The position numbers were made by a program, and so were the translations under genes. Positions 50,889 through 60,898 of a DNA stretch of 64,000 nucleotides are shown here, in pieces. The notes beneath the pieces are model-generated. The model was not told the origin of the DNA and made no database searches. It was given only the letters and a program-made list of their open reading frames with translations. Origin of the DNA: Escherichia phage PNJ1809-36. Position 1 is the first letter of the stretch; each line of letters begins with the position of its first letter. The stretch lies in sequence record MT944117.1; one strand, given 5' to 3'.

Positions 50889-51038
50889 CTATTCGTCGTC
50901 TCCTACTCCGTGATCCAACTCGTTAAACAACAGATGTTCTGGAGAAGTTTCACGTTTTGGTTTCGTTTTCTTTATGTTGGACTTCAGCTCATTTGCCAAA
51001 GCACGAGAAAAGATCTTACGTTTCTGTTTACTTTTCAT
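50889..51038 (-). CDS. small hypothetical protein (49 aa), basic N-term and acidic C-term
   Basis: ORF between glutaredoxin and lysozyme genes, stop 4 nt before lysozyme SD. Confidence 0.4.
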   Translation of the reverse strand: MKSKQKRKIFSRALANELKSNIKKTKPKRETSPEHLLFNELDHGVGDDE

Positions 51039-51043
51039 AATTG

Positions 51044-51304
51044 TTACTCCGCAATTTGAGCCATGAGATCACGCAGTTCGGTAAAACCGCCTACGTATGT
51101 TACCTCCCCGTTCACTTCGGACAGAATTTGTGGAAATGTGCGTGGAGGAACTCCGGTAAGATCAACAACTGTTTTAGTCATTGATTCTAAATCATAGTCT
51201 TGATCAAGACTTAAATATTCAAACTGTTTATTGCGCATGGTTAATAGTTGTTTTGACATTTCACAAAATTGACAGTTAGGTTTACCAAAAATTACAAATT
51301 CCAT
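51044..51304 (-). CDS. glutaredoxin/NrdH-like redoxin
   Basis: 86 aa with CQFC (CxxC) active site near N-terminus; adjacent to nrd genes. Confidence 0.7.
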   Translation of the reverse strand: MEFVIFGKPNCQFCEMSKQLLTMRNKQFEYLSLDQDYDLESMTKTVVDLTGVPPRTFPQILSEVNGEVTYVGGFTELRDLMAQIAE

Positions 51305-52146
51305 TACCTCTCCTTATTAAGTAATACTGCTAAAGACTGTTCAATACCTTTATTTAAATCTGATTTTGTAAGATAGTGACTGGTTACTAGTTGTGACTTC
51401 ACCGGACGTGCTGCTGGAGCATTATAGGTTGAAGCTGATACCGCCGATATCTTAACAGGTTCTGGCATCTGTGTCAAGATCTTTTCCGCAAACTCCGCCC
51501 AAGAAATAAGATGGCTTCCTGCAAAATGGTAAGTCTTAACAGACCTTGACCAACCTGTTTTTAATACTTCAAAAATAGCTTCTGCTAAATCTGGAGCATA
51601 TGTTGGACAAGAGAACTGATCAGCAACAATAATAAAATCACGTTGTCCATCATTATAGCGAGACAACATGGTTTTTAGAAAGTTATTTCCAAATTCGCTA
51701 TATACCGAGGCTGTTCGAATAATATATGCATTTGGGTTAACTCCTCGCACCATTTTTTCACCAAGTTCTTTCGTATACCCATAATTGTTTATTGGGTTAG
51801 GTGTAGTATCTTCAAAAATAGGATGAGAATAATTAAAAATATAGTCTGTAGAAATATGCACAAAATCAATTTTAAGTTTGCTGCACACTGCCGCAATATT
51901 TGCAGGTCCATACGCATTAACAGCCAAAGCAGTAGCAAAATCATGTTCTGCTTTATCTACAGCCGTATAAGCGGCGCAATTAATAACACCATCTACATAA
52001 TCTTCAATAATAGCGTTTCGCACAGCTTCAAAATTTGTAATATCTACACGTTCTTTAGGATAAATTAAAGATACATTTGAAGGAGCCACTTTACGTAAAG
52101 CTTGTCCCAGTTGTCCATTACCGCCCAATACCAGATATGTTAGCAT
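51304..52146 (-). CDS. rmlD: dTDP-4-dehydrorhamnose reductase
   Basis: N-terminal GGNGQLG Rossmann motif; 280 aa; operon with rmlC/A/B. Confidence 0.85.
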   Translation of the reverse strand: MLTYLVLGGNGQLGQALRKVAPSNVSLIYPKERVDITNFEAVRNAIIEDYVDGVINCAAYTAVDKAEHDFATALAVNAYGPANIAAVCSKLKIDFVHISTDYIFNYSHPIFEDTTPNPINNYGYTKELGEKMVRGVNPNAYIIRTASVYSEFGNNFLKTMLSRYNDGQRDFIIVADQFSCPTYAPDLAEAIFEVLKTGWSRSVKTYHFAGSHLISWAEFAEKILTQMPEPVKISAVSASTYNAPAARPVKSQLVTSHYLTKSDLNKGIEQSLAVLLNKER

Positions 52147-52706
52147 ACACCCTCGCTACGTAACTGTTGAAAAGATTTAGCCATTGCATCTTTTGTTGAT
52201 AGAATAGGTTTAAAACCTTCGTCAAAAATCATATCGAAGCCCCAATCGATCCCTATATCAGGATCATCCCAACGTAAACTTTGTTCACTAGAAGGGTCGT
52301 ATGGAGTTGTGCATTTGTATTCAAAGATAGCATCCATACTCAAAACTATAAAACCATGAGCCAAACCAGGCGGAAGCCAAAACTGCGTATGGTGTCGTGC
52401 ACGAAGAACAACACCGTCCCAAGCACCGTAAGTTGGACTATCTTTACGTAAATCTACAGCGAAATCCAATACTTCCCCACTTACACAACGAACTAGCTTA
52501 CCTTGCGGGTTATTTGTTTGAAAGTGCATTCCTCGCAAAACACCGAAGTTTGATTTAGACATGTTATCTTGAACGAAAGTTTGTCTACCAATAATATCTT
52601 CGTATTTTTGTTCATTATATGTTTCTAGAAAGAAACCACGATCATCTTTATAAACGTCTGGTTTGATAATTACCGCACCTTCAATTTTTGTTTTTTCTAC
52701 TTTCAT
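52140..52706 (-). CDS. rmlC: dTDP-4-dehydrorhamnose 3,5-epimerase
   Basis: RGMHFQ motif region; ATG 52706 forms ATGA overlap with rmlA stop. Confidence 0.85.
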   Translation of the reverse strand: MKVEKTKIEGAVIIKPDVYKDDRGFFLETYNEQKYEDIIGRQTFVQDNMSKSNFGVLRGMHFQTNNPQGKLVRCVSGEVLDFAVDLRKDSPTYGAWDGVVLRARHHTQFWLPPGLAHGFIVLSMDAIFEYKCTTPYDPSSEQSLRWDDPDIGIDWGFDMIFDEGFKPILSTKDAMAKSFQQLRSEGVC

Positions 52707-53581
52707 TTTCTCTCCGCTAATTTGAGTAGGTATTGCCCGTACTCTGTTTTCTTCAGTGAGTTTCCATGATACACCAAAGTCTCTAAAGAAATCCACCCTT
52801 TTTTGAAAGCAATTTCTTCCAGGCACGCAATCTTCAATCCTTGACAGTTCTCAATAGTCTGCACGAATTGACCGGCTTCCATCAGACTGGCGTGTGTTCC
52901 TGTGTCAAGCCAAGTAAATCCTCGTCCGAGAACTTCCACTTGTAACTTCCTGTCTTCTAGGTAGCTGCGATTGATATCAGTGATCTCCAGTTCTCCACGC
53001 GCGGAAGGGGTTACTTCTAATGCACGTTGAATAACAGAGTTATCATAGAAATACAAACCTGTGACAGCATAATCTGATTTAGGATTTTCAGGTTTCTCTT
53101 CAATAGAAATAGCTTGACGATTACTCCCAAATTCAACCACACCGAATCGTTCAGGATCTTTCACCAAATACCCGAAAATACAAGCTCCGCCCCAAACATC
53201 TACCATCTCACTGGCGTTAATCAGTAGTTTACCAAAGCTTTGTCCGAAGAATAGGTTGTCACCTAAAATAAGAGCAACAGAGTCTTCTCCGATAAAATCT
53301 TTACCTATGATGAAAGCTTCCGCAAGACCTCGTGGCTCGGATTGGATTGCGTAAGTGAGTTTTATCCCAAACATAGACCCATCTCCGAGAAGATACTCAA
53401 AGTCTTCCTGATCACCTGGTGTGGTGATGATTAAAATATCCTTAATGTCAGCCAACATCAATACCGATAAAGGGTAGTAGATCATGGGTTTGTCATACAC
53501 AGGGAGCAATTGCTTGCTCACACTGCGTGTTACCGGATGAAGGCGGGTTCCACTTCCTCCCGCCAAAATAATACCTTTCAT
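52703..53581 (-). CDS. rmlA: glucose-1-phosphate thymidylyltransferase
   Basis: [19 protein letters not shown]-terminus; SD AAGGAGGG. Confidence 0.9.
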   Translation of the reverse strand: MKGIILAGGSGTRLHPVTRSVSKQLLPVYDKPMIYYPLSVLMLADIKDILIITTPGDQEDFEYLLGDGSMFGIKLTYAIQSEPRGLAEAFIIGKDFIGEDSVALILGDNLFFGQSFGKLLINASEMVDVWGGACIFGYLVKDPERFGVVEFGSNRQAISIEEKPENPKSDYAVTGLYFYDNSVIQRALEVTPSARGELEITDINRSYLEDRKLQVEVLGRGFTWLDTGTHASLMEAGQFVQTIENCQGLKIACLEEIAFKKGWISLETLVYHGNSLKKTEYGQYLLKLAERK

Positions 53582-53589
53582 AACCCTCC

Positions 53590-54582
53590 TTAAATTTTCT
53601 CACTCCACCATTGAGGGTTGTTTAAGTACCATTCAATCGTTGAGTAGAGATCTTGTTCAAATGTAGAGTTTGCACTCCAGCCCAGTTCAGACTCTATCTT
53701 AGAAGGATTGATTTCATAACGCAAGTCATGTCCTTTACGATCTTCAACAAAAGTTATCAAGTTGGAAGAAGGGTAGGTTACTGCTTCTGGATGTACAGTA
53801 TCCATATAGTCACAAACCATATAGATGATCTCCATATTGGTTTTGGGATTACGTGTTCCAACATTATACGTTTGACCTGGTTCTCCACCTGTTGCCACTT
53901 GAAGAATAGCTCGCGCATGATCCTCAACAAAAAGCCAGTCTCGCACCTGGTCGCCTTTACCATACACCGGAATCTCTTTATTCGTCAAGATACTTGTGAT
54001 GATTTTTGGGATCAGCTTTTCTGGATGTTGATAAGGCCCAAAGTTATTGGAGCAGTTGGTTATCACAACAGGCAAATCGTAGGTGCGGTGCCAAGCTTTC
54101 ACAAGATGGTCAGATGCCGCCTTAGACGCACTGTATGGGCTTGAAGGGGCATAAGCTGTCTCTTCGGTAAAAGGAACGCCAGAGTCTGCCATATCGCCGT
54201 ACACTTCGTCTGTGGAGACGTGTACGAACATCTTCAGTTTATTTTTTGGGAGGAGCCTTGCAGCTTCCAATAAATTGTATGTACCAATAATATTGGAGTC
54301 AATGAAAACTCGTGGATTCTTGATAGAATTATCCACATGACTCTCTGCCGCTAAGTGAATGATGAAATCGGGATTGCACTCTACTACTAAACTTTTGACC
54401 TGGGTTTCGTTTGCCAAATCTGTCATGCTTAGTTTAATGTGAGTGATATCGCCTACATTCTCAATATCTGCTGCATAGCCCATCTTATCAACGACAAAAA
54501 CTTCGTTATTAGGATCTTGACAAAGAGAGCGCACCACGGCACTCCCAATAAAACCAAGACCACCTGTTACCAGATAGCGCAT
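53590..54582 (-). CDS. rmlB: dTDP-glucose 4,6-dehydratase
   Basis: [17 protein letters not shown] Rossmann N-terminus; SDR dehydratase length; SD AAGGAG. Confidence 0.9.
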   Translation of the reverse strand: MRYLVTGGLGFIGSAVVRSLCQDPNNEVFVVDKMGYAADIENVGDITHIKLSMTDLANETQVKSLVVECNPDFIIHLAAESHVDNSIKNPRVFIDSNIIGTYNLLEAARLLPKNKLKMFVHVSTDEVYGDMADSGVPFTEETAYAPSSPYSASKAASDHLVKAWHRTYDLPVVITNCSNNFGPYQHPEKLIPKIITSILTNKEIPVYGKGDQVRDWLFVEDHARAILQVATGGEPGQTYNVGTRNPKTNMEIIYMVCDYMDTVHPEAVTYPSSNLITFVEDRKGHDLRYEINPSKIESELGWSANSTFEQDLYSTIEWYLNNPQWWSEKI

Positions 54583-54591
54583 CAGTTCTCC

Positions 54592-54918
54592 TTACCAGAC
54601 ATGTTGAGAAATAATAGTTTCCGTTTTAATGTTATATTTTTCAAGTAGTTTTGCATAGGCTTCTTTTGCATTCTCATTCAATTGCTCAAGATCTACAGCT
54701 ATGCTTCCTTCTCCGCCTTCTAAATCAAGGCCATATATGCAATAAGACTCATCCGCATCGTAGAAAGGAGAGATGCGGCTTAAGTCAAGACCTTCTTGTA
54801 AGAACCAGTTAAAATCTCCGTCAAATTCTTCTTCAATTCTAGGGTCTTCTCCTACAGCCTCTTCCCACTTATTAAAAGGTGCACCCTGTAACATACGCCA
54901 TTCGATATCAATACCCAT
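54592..54918 (-). CDS. hypothetical acidic protein (108 aa)
   Basis: ORF; overlaps upstream small gene. Confidence 0.6.
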   Translation of the reverse strand: MGIDIEWRMLQGAPFNKWEEAVGEDPRIEEEFDGDFNWFLQEGLDLSRISPFYDADESYCIYGLDLEGGEGSIAVDLEQLNENAKEAYAKLLEKYNIKTETIISQHVW

Positions 54919-55072
54919 TTTTCATCTCCTCCTCTTCTTGAGCAGCTTTAATAATTGCTTCATAAATATCGTAAGCAATGCCTCCACAACATCTAGCTTC
55001 GAAAGCTATTGCTTCTGCAATGTGATCTGTTAATTCTCGTGGAATGCGGACATATTCTTTTTCACTCTCCAT
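54908..55072 (-). CDS. small hypothetical protein (54 aa)
   Basis: SD GGAGG + ATG 55072. Confidence 0.4.
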   Translation of the reverse strand: MESEKEYVRIPRELTDHIAEAIAFEARCCGGIAYDIYEAIIKAAQEEEEMKNGY

Positions 55073-55214
55073 CTTCTACCTCCAACCCTTCTTTTTCAAA
55101 GATTACTACTCGTCCCTCACCATGACAATTCAGGCAAGGAAATGTTACCATAATTTCCACTTCCATCTGTCCAGTCCCACCGCACACAGGACAAAAAATA
55201 AGTTTTTCAGCCAT
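55062..55214 (-). CDS. small zinc-ribbon protein (50 aa)
   Basis: CPVCGG...CLNCHG; TAATG overlap with upstream stop. Confidence 0.45.
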   Translation of the reverse strand: MAEKLIFCPVCGGTGQMEVEIMVTFPCLNCHGEGRVVIFEKEGLEVEDGE

Positions 55215-55423
55215 TATTCCTCCTTAATTATTTCAAACTTGGCAACACCATTTACAATAATATGACCACAAGACATAACTCCTAGCCAAGGATCGCCGTT
55301 TTTCTTCAGGCGTTTACCGAATACATCACAAAAACCATTCTTCATTTCGGAGGCTTCATAAGAAGCCCCTTTGTCAAAAACGTCTTTGAATGTGTCGATT
55401 ATACCAACACATCTCAAAATCAT
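55214..55423 (-). CDS. hypothetical protein (69 aa)
   Basis: TAATG overlap with nrdB stop. Confidence 0.55.
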   Translation of the reverse strand: MILRCVGIIDTFKDVFDKGASYEASEMKNGFCDVFGKRLKKNGDPWLGVMSCGHIIVNGVAKFEIIKEE

Positions 55424-56508
55424 TAGAAGTCAAGCTCCTCATCATCAGAGAGATCTTTGTTAGCTGAATTCAATTTGTAATTAGTTAACTGAATCTCTTG
55501 GGCTGCTGACTGAATCAAATCAGGATTCAACCATTTTTCCATCCAAGCTAAAGGACTATGTTTAGGTGCTTTAAACTTGGCTTTCATTTTCAATCGACGA
55601 TAAATAGGAGCAGCATTGAAATAAACCCACTGTTTAGACAATTCAGCGTTAAGACCTACAATAAAACGACCTTCACTAAACAGGTAGTCACACCACTGTT
55701 CCTCTTGTTCAACAACAGTGTCGAGGATCAAAGTCAACTCTTCAATATTGTCTTCGTAAATTTTACGCCAAATTGGGTCATGCATCAATGCATCAATTAC
55801 AGCATAATCCATCTTAACATGCAAGATTTCATCTAGCATAATTTTCTGGATCAGTTTACAAGCCCCAACAAACAGTTGTTGTTCTGCCATAGCAAAAGTA
55901 GCAGAGAAGGAAGATATAAACTGAATACCTTCTAATCCAATCAGGGCTACCATCCCTTTAAGAATCAGCAGTCGAAGTTCATCGTTAGCTTCAATCAATC
56001 CTAGAGCATACTTATGACCAGCTTCTTCCAACTGACCCATGATATCAGCAATGATACCCATACGATTGAAAATTTTATCATTAATCATAATCTGATTGAT
56101 GACTTCAATTGGATCTGGAGTACATTGACGGATTATTTCAGAATACGTTAACGCATGGAGAACTTCCATTTCACTCTGCTTCATCATCATAGCACAGGCT
56201 TCATTGTTACTCAAGAATGGAGAGAACAAAGTGATGATTGATTTTGCAAGAGAATCATTTTCCCATTGGAACGATAAGTTTTTAATCATAACATCATAGT
56301 TGTTTTTAGAACAAGCTACGAAATCTTTACGTGTCTGATCCAGATTAACTTCGTTTTCATCCCAATCTTGTGCTTTTTGAAGTTTGTAGAGTTTGTGCAT
56401 TTCAGGGTAAGTCACGTTGATAGAATCAAAAATCCCCAACTGTTCCCCCATGAAAACTGGATATTTACCTGTTTTGTAAGTCTCGTTATGTAAATTAATT
56501 GCTGCCAT
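55423..56508 (-). CDS. nrdB: ribonucleotide reductase class Ia beta subunit
   Basis: 361 aa; NrdB-like ferritin-fold protein next to nrdA; SD GGAGG. Confidence 0.9.
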   Translation of the reverse strand: MAAINLHNETYKTGKYPVFMGEQLGIFDSINVTYPEMHKLYKLQKAQDWDENEVNLDQTRKDFVACSKNNYDVMIKNLSFQWENDSLAKSIITLFSPFLSNNEACAMMMKQSEMEVLHALTYSEIIRQCTPDPIEVINQIMINDKIFNRMGIIADIMGQLEEAGHKYALGLIEANDELRLLILKGMVALIGLEGIQFISSFSATFAMAEQQLFVGACKLIQKIMLDEILHVKMDYAVIDALMHDPIWRKIYEDNIEELTLILDTVVEQEEQWCDYLFSEGRFIVGLNAELSKQWVYFNAAPIYRRLKMKAKFKAPKHSPLAWMEKWLNPDLIQSAAQEIQLTNYKLNSANKDLSDDEELDF

Positions 56509-56833
56509 TTAAATCCTCCACTATTTCACAAAAACCTCTTAAGCTTAAAATATCTTCTTCCTCAAAATCATTGCTCCGGTAGAAAGCTTCCAGTGCTTCC
56601 CATACGCTTCTACCAAGTATAACAGTCACTGTTTCTTCACTTCTTGCCCTTGTTATTGCGTAAGCCGTGGCTTCTGGATAAAAAGATTCCCAAATCTGCA
56701 TGTTAGCTATTTCAAGACCGCCAAGATAATGGTGACACCAAGTAGGGGTAAAATCTTCAGGGCGAATCAACAGAGGCTTAAACCCAGGTCGGTAGATTGG
56801 GGTTACTCCAGGTAAAACTATAAGTGTGCTCAT
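56495..56833 (-). CDS. hypothetical protein (112 aa) between nrdA and nrdB
   Basis: internal ATG of listed ORF (avoids overlap with nrdA and terminator hairpin). Confidence 0.5.
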   Translation of the reverse strand: MSTLIVLPGVTPIYRPGFKPLLIRPEDFTPTWCHHYLGGLEIANMQIWESFYPEATAYAITRARSEETVTVILGRSVWEALEAFYRSNDFEEEDILSLRGFCEIVEDLNGSN

Positions 56834-56846
56834 AATCCTCCTCAAT

Positions 56847-56872
56847 AAAAAGGGGCTGAAGCCCCTAGTTTC
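56847..56872 (-). terminator. hairpin terminator/attenuator after nrdA
   Basis: minus strand GGGGC-TTCA-GCCCC followed by TTTTTATT. Confidence 0.55.
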
Positions 56873-56873
56873 A

Positions 56874-59114
56874 TCACATTTTGCAAGCTTCACAACCACC
56901 ATCAGAATCTTCTTGTGCTAAAGAGTCTGCTGATTTTGTTCTACTGTTAAGGTAATACAATGACTTGCCACCCAGTCTAGCAAAATTCAGAATAAACTGC
57001 ATCTCAGCTTTCACTGATAAACGTCCACCTACCAATTTAGAATAATCTAGCCAAGAATCACAAGAAATTCCTTGGTCCGTAAACTTGGTAAAGATACCAT
57101 ACATTTCTGCAAGATCTTTAGCCGGAGTGTCCCAGGCAGACTGGTAGAACATTTTCAGTTTTTCATAGTCTGGAACAATAAATAATACACTACCTTTCTG
57201 ACTTTGTTTATACATAATAGTATCACGAACAGGATACAGAGAGTTAGTAGTATTGCTTACCAAACTGCTGGACTCATTAGGTGCAATAGCAGCCAAGACA
57301 CTGTTACGGATACCACCTTGTTCAATGATTTCAGCACGTAAGCCTTCCCAGTCCATTTTAAGATCAAAATTACCGATACTATCTACTGTTTTAGCATAAG
57401 TGTCAATTGGTAGCCAACCTTGAGGCCATTTGGTCTTATCGATCCATTCTGCATTACCTTTTTCCTTAGCCAGACGCAGAGAGGCTTTTGCCAACCAAAA
57501 GTAATGACGTTCTGCAAGTTCATGCATTAATTTTTTAGCATAAGCGTCTGAATAATTTACAAAATTACTTGCCAAATAATGCGCTAAGTTTGTAATGCCT
57601 ACACCAATAGATCTACGTGCTTTAGCAGTTATTTCGTTATGTTTAAATGGATAATCCATTGTTTCAATAACGTTGTCAATTGTCAATACAGTGTAGTATG
57701 CAACATCCTCATATTCTTCAGGTAAGACACGACCAGCAACAATAGAAGATAAGAAGCATAAAGCCAATTCTTGATTTTCTGTATTCTCACCAGTAAAGAG
57801 ATCCGGCATACTGTGGAAAGCTTTAGTTGGTAAGAAGATCTCTTGACACAGGTTTGATTGATACACCGTATCCAGGAAAGGTGTATGGTTGTTAACGTTG
57901 TCAGCAAAGAACATGTAAATACGTCCTGTTTCTGCACGTTGAACAATAATCTCTGTCAGAAGATCACGAGCCTTAACAAATTTTTTCTTAATGCGACGAC
58001 GGCTTACTTTGTCATAAACTGCATCAAACTCTTCTTCACTTTTATACAAAGCTTCATAAAGTTCAGGAGCATCATCACAACTAACTAACATCCAATCTTC
58101 GTTTTTTGCTGCTCGACGCAAGAACGAACGGTTAACAACAATAGAATAATCCAGTTTGTCTACTCGTTTATCTATAGGTGTTGTTGGATTCTTCAGTCGA
58201 ATCAGATCGTCGAAGTCTGGTTCAAGTATGGTAAAGGTAACTGTAGCACTACCTCCACGGCTTGCTTGCTTCGAAGCTCCAACACTATCTTCCATCCATT
58301 TCAGATACGGAAGAAGACCACCATGAATAATACGATTATTCTTAACACCTTGACCTGTGGCACGAGTTTGAAGATTAACACCAATACCTGCGTTATTCAA
58401 CGTATACTCATGAGCTAAGTAATTAGCAATGGCTAAAGACTCTGCCGTATCGTCTGCACGGAACAAACAACAAGACGCACTTCCTTTGATTGGAGTTCGT
58501 AGAGTTGTCAGATACGGCGATGGCAGATTAATCTTAAGATCGCTAACATAAGTATAAAGTTTTTTAATATCTTCTATACGGCGTTCTTTTGGTTGGATCT
58601 CCATAACCTTCATTGCGATACCAATGAAAAGAAACTGTGGAGACTCATGCACCACATCGTTTACTGCATCTCGAATAAGATATTTATCTACCATCTGACG
58701 TAAAACAGAATAACCATAAGTTAGATTTTTATTATGCTTTACAATCTTACCGATTTCTTTGATCTCTTCATCAGTATAATCCATTTTAGCCCAATGTCCA
58801 CGTTCTACCATATCATGATAAAAGGTATTCAGTGAAGGGATACTGTGGTATCCCCCATGAGCCTGTTTGTAAATCATACCCAGAAGAAGTCTTCCTGCCA
58901 TATCACTGTAAGCTTGTGTTTTCTTGTCAATACACGCTGCAATCATTGCTTTATGCAGATCACGTGTAGACACACCGTCATAACACCGCTTCACAGCTTC
59001 TAATTCAATTTCAGACCAGTTTAGTTTACCTGCTGCAAATTCAGACCACTTGCGAAGTTTTTCTGGATTAAACTCCTCTGTCTTACCGTTAGATTTAGTT
59101 ACAAAACGAATCAA
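56874..59114 (-). CDS. nrdA: ribonucleotide reductase class Ia alpha subunit
   Basis: 746 aa; ATP-cone N-terminus similar to T4 NrdA; C-terminal Cys pair CEACKM; TTG start after GGAGGAG. Confidence 0.95.
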   Translation of the reverse strand: MIRFVTKSNGKTEEFNPEKLRKWSEFAAGKLNWSEIELEAVKRCYDGVSTRDLHKAMIAACIDKKTQAYSDMAGRLLLGMIYKQAHGGYHSIPSLNTFYHDMVERGHWAKMDYTDEEIKEIGKIVKHNKNLTYGYSVLRQMVDKYLIRDAVNDVVHESPQFLFIGIAMKVMEIQPKERRIEDIKKLYTYVSDLKINLPSPYLTTLRTPIKGSASCCLFRADDTAESLAIANYLAHEYTLNNAGIGVNLQTRATGQGVKNNRIIHGGLLPYLKWMEDSVGASKQASRGGSATVTFTILEPDFDDLIRLKNPTTPIDKRVDKLDYSIVVNRSFLRRAAKNEDWMLVSCDDAPELYEALYKSEEEFDAVYDKVSRRRIKKKFVKARDLLTEIIVQRAETGRIYMFFADNVNNHTPFLDTVYQSNLCQEIFLPTKAFHSMPDLFTGENTENQELALCFLSSIVAGRVLPEEYEDVAYYTVLTIDNVIETMDYPFKHNEITAKARRSIGVGITNLAHYLASNFVNYSDAYAKKLMHELAERHYFWLAKASLRLAKEKGNAEWIDKTKWPQGWLPIDTYAKTVDSIGNFDLKMDWEGLRAEIIEQGGIRNSVLAAIAPNESSSLVSNTTNSLYPVRDTIMYKQSQKGSVLFIVPDYEKLKMFYQSAWDTPAKDLAEMYGIFTKFTDQGISCDSWLDYSKLVGGRLSVKAEMQFILNFARLGGKSLYYLNSRTKSADSLAQEDSDGGCEACKM

Positions 59115-59130
59115 CTTCTCCTCCCTATTA

Positions 59131-59373
59131 TTAATGCATATTCAAAACATCTACATCATAACCGAACTTCATTTCATTAAAAAGTCCATTAGCATATAGA
59201 AAACCTTCAAAATGAGTTATGTCATCAAACCCTTTTGCTTTTGCTCGACGGTCTGCTTCTTGTCTTTTAGGAGATAAACGTTTTGAAGTGTCTAGAATTA
59301 CAGTTACATTACAACCAACAGTTTCATCAAAATAGACTTCGATTTCACAGCCTTCATATTTATTATCAGTCAT
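59131..59373 (-). CDS. hypothetical protein (80 aa)
   Basis: ORF; ATG 59373 preferred over 59385. Confidence 0.55.
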   Translation of the reverse strand: MTDNKYEGCEIEVYFDETVGCNVTVILDTSKRLSPKRQEADRRAKAKGFDDITHFEGFLYANGLFNEMKFGYDVDVLNMH

Positions 59374-59381
59374 TGTCCCTC

Positions 59382-59792
59382 TCATTGATTAGTATCATCT
59401 GCTTTCGCAGGATCATAAGAGTTACCGAAATCATCCATCTTAATATGTGACGCACCCCAACCTGTAAATTCTTCATCACCAAAATGAAAAATATCATTTT
59501 CTTGATAGATTCGTTTAAAACCACAATTAGGTGAAACAGGGAAAGTGAAAAGCGTTGTATTTGAAAACACTACTCGCTTATCGTTATTGCTTCGGATATT
59601 CACATTACGCTCAACAGAATAGTGTGAATCTTCAGCCATACCCAGCATTACAAGCGACGCTCTAATAACAGCATTTTGTTTCTCGTGTGGGATATTGCCA
59701 TTGTGTTTATTTGATTCTAGTTTCCAGATAGGGGTAGACATTACAGTAGACATGCTTACGGTAGCCCAAGTTGTAGTATTTACTAATGACAT
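59382..59792 (-). CDS. hypothetical protein (136 aa)
   Basis: ATG 59792 after AAGGAG; listed 59825 start falls in upstream hairpin. Confidence 0.6.
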   Translation of the reverse strand: MSLVNTTTWATVSMSTVMSTPIWKLESNKHNGNIPHEKQNAVIRASLVMLGMAEDSHYSVERNVNIRSNNDKRVVFSNTTLFTFPVSPNCGFKRIYQENDIFHFGDEEFTGWGASHIKMDDFGNSYDPAKADDTNQ

Positions 59793-59813
59793 ATTTTCTC
59801 CTTCATTTTGAAT

Positions 59814-59874
59814 GGGAGGACTCACCTCCTCCCAGTATTGTGCTATATTATACTAAAACTAATACTAAAGTCAA
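59814..59874 (-). promoter_or_regulatory. sigma70-type promoter with 5'-UTR hairpin (minus strand)
   Basis: minus strand TTGACT (59869-59874), 16-nt spacer, TATAAT (59847-59852), then GGGAGGA-loop-TCCTCCC hairpin 59814-59833. Confidence 0.6.
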
Positions 59875-59890
59875 TAACTATTTAAACAGA

Positions 59891-60889
59891 TCACCATTTA
59901 GTATGATTTGTTAAAAGTTGACGATGTTGAATCCAGCCTTTGAAATTGCCAGACCAAAACTTACCATTACGATCTACATGGGTAATACCTGGTTCCCAAG
60001 AGTTAAAATCCCAAGGAGCATTGATAAACAAATCTTCAAAACAGTTCTCTCCATATTGTTCGCATGTTTCTTGAATTGGAGTGGCTTGATGTTCAAACGG
60101 AGAAGCATGAACCTTGCGCCCAGTCAGCAAACGACCATAGATATCTAAAGCTTTATCTTTAGTTGCATTTAAACGACGATAGCTAACCTGTGCACAACAT
60201 GAAGCTGAAATAGCTTTAGCTTCTTCCAAAGTAAGCACAACAACTTCTCCAGATTCATCTTGAACGTAGTATCCACCAAAAACAAAATGATCGTCACCTT
60301 CTGTGCCAATATTATCGTAGAAATGGTCTACATAAGGTGTGTGCCATTGCCCTGGTTTCAGCACTTCTGGTGTAGATCCTTCATACTCTTTGTGCATCTC
60401 TTTAGCCAAAGCTTCGATAGTAGGATCGGCTTCTTTGTCATCACGTAGCCACCAGAAATTTTCATATTCTGTTGCTGTCAGAACTGTTTTAATTCGTTGG
60501 AAAGGTTCCAGAAGACGGTTTGCAACTTGTTTGTGGTACCCTGCCAAAGAGAATTCTTCTGCAAAACGTGCTGCACTAAGCGCGGCAAGATCCCACCACT
60601 CTTGAGCAGTATAACCTGCATCAATAAGAGCGTCATGATCAACACCTTTATCCTGCATACCAGGTTGGTTAGCCCCAAAACGATAAGGACGAGCAGGTTG
60701 ATTTCGCACCATTTCAATCAGTGTTTTAACAGGTATAGCACGGCTAGAAGCAGCATTACGACTGAACAGGCGGTGAGTCATCAATTCTGAATGAATAATA
60801 CGTGGATATTCTAGTTCAAAAGTTACAATCTCTTTTCCGTCTTCAGTGATGGAATGCGCAATAATACTAGCCGAAATCTGTTTTGTCAT
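59891..60889 (-). CDS. thyX: flavin-dependent thymidylate synthase-like protein (ThyX family, divergent)
   Basis: THRLFSRNAASSRAIP resembles the ThyX RHR-x7-S signature with Thr for first Arg; 332 aa, longer than typical ThyX. Confidence 0.7.
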   Translation of the reverse strand: MTKQISASIIAHSITEDGKEIVTFELEYPRIIHSELMTHRLFSRNAASSRAIPVKTLIEMVRNQPARPYRFGANQPGMQDKGVDHDALIDAGYTAQEWWDLAALSAARFAEEFSLAGYHKQVANRLLEPFQRIKTVLTATEYENFWWLRDDKEADPTIEALAKEMHKEYEGSTPEVLKPGQWHTPYVDHFYDNIGTEGDDHFVFGGYYVQDESGEVVVLTLEEAKAISASCCAQVSYRRLNATKDKALDIYGRLLTGRKVHASPFEHQATPIQETCEQYGENCFEDLFINAPWDFNSWEPGITHVDRNGKFWSGNFKGWIQHRQLLTNHTKW

Positions 60890-60898
60890 TTTTTCTCC

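Noticed and set aside
53653-54144. Plus-strand ORF of 163 aa
   Set aside because: Entirely inside rmlB on the opposite strand; Cys/His-rich junk-like translation.
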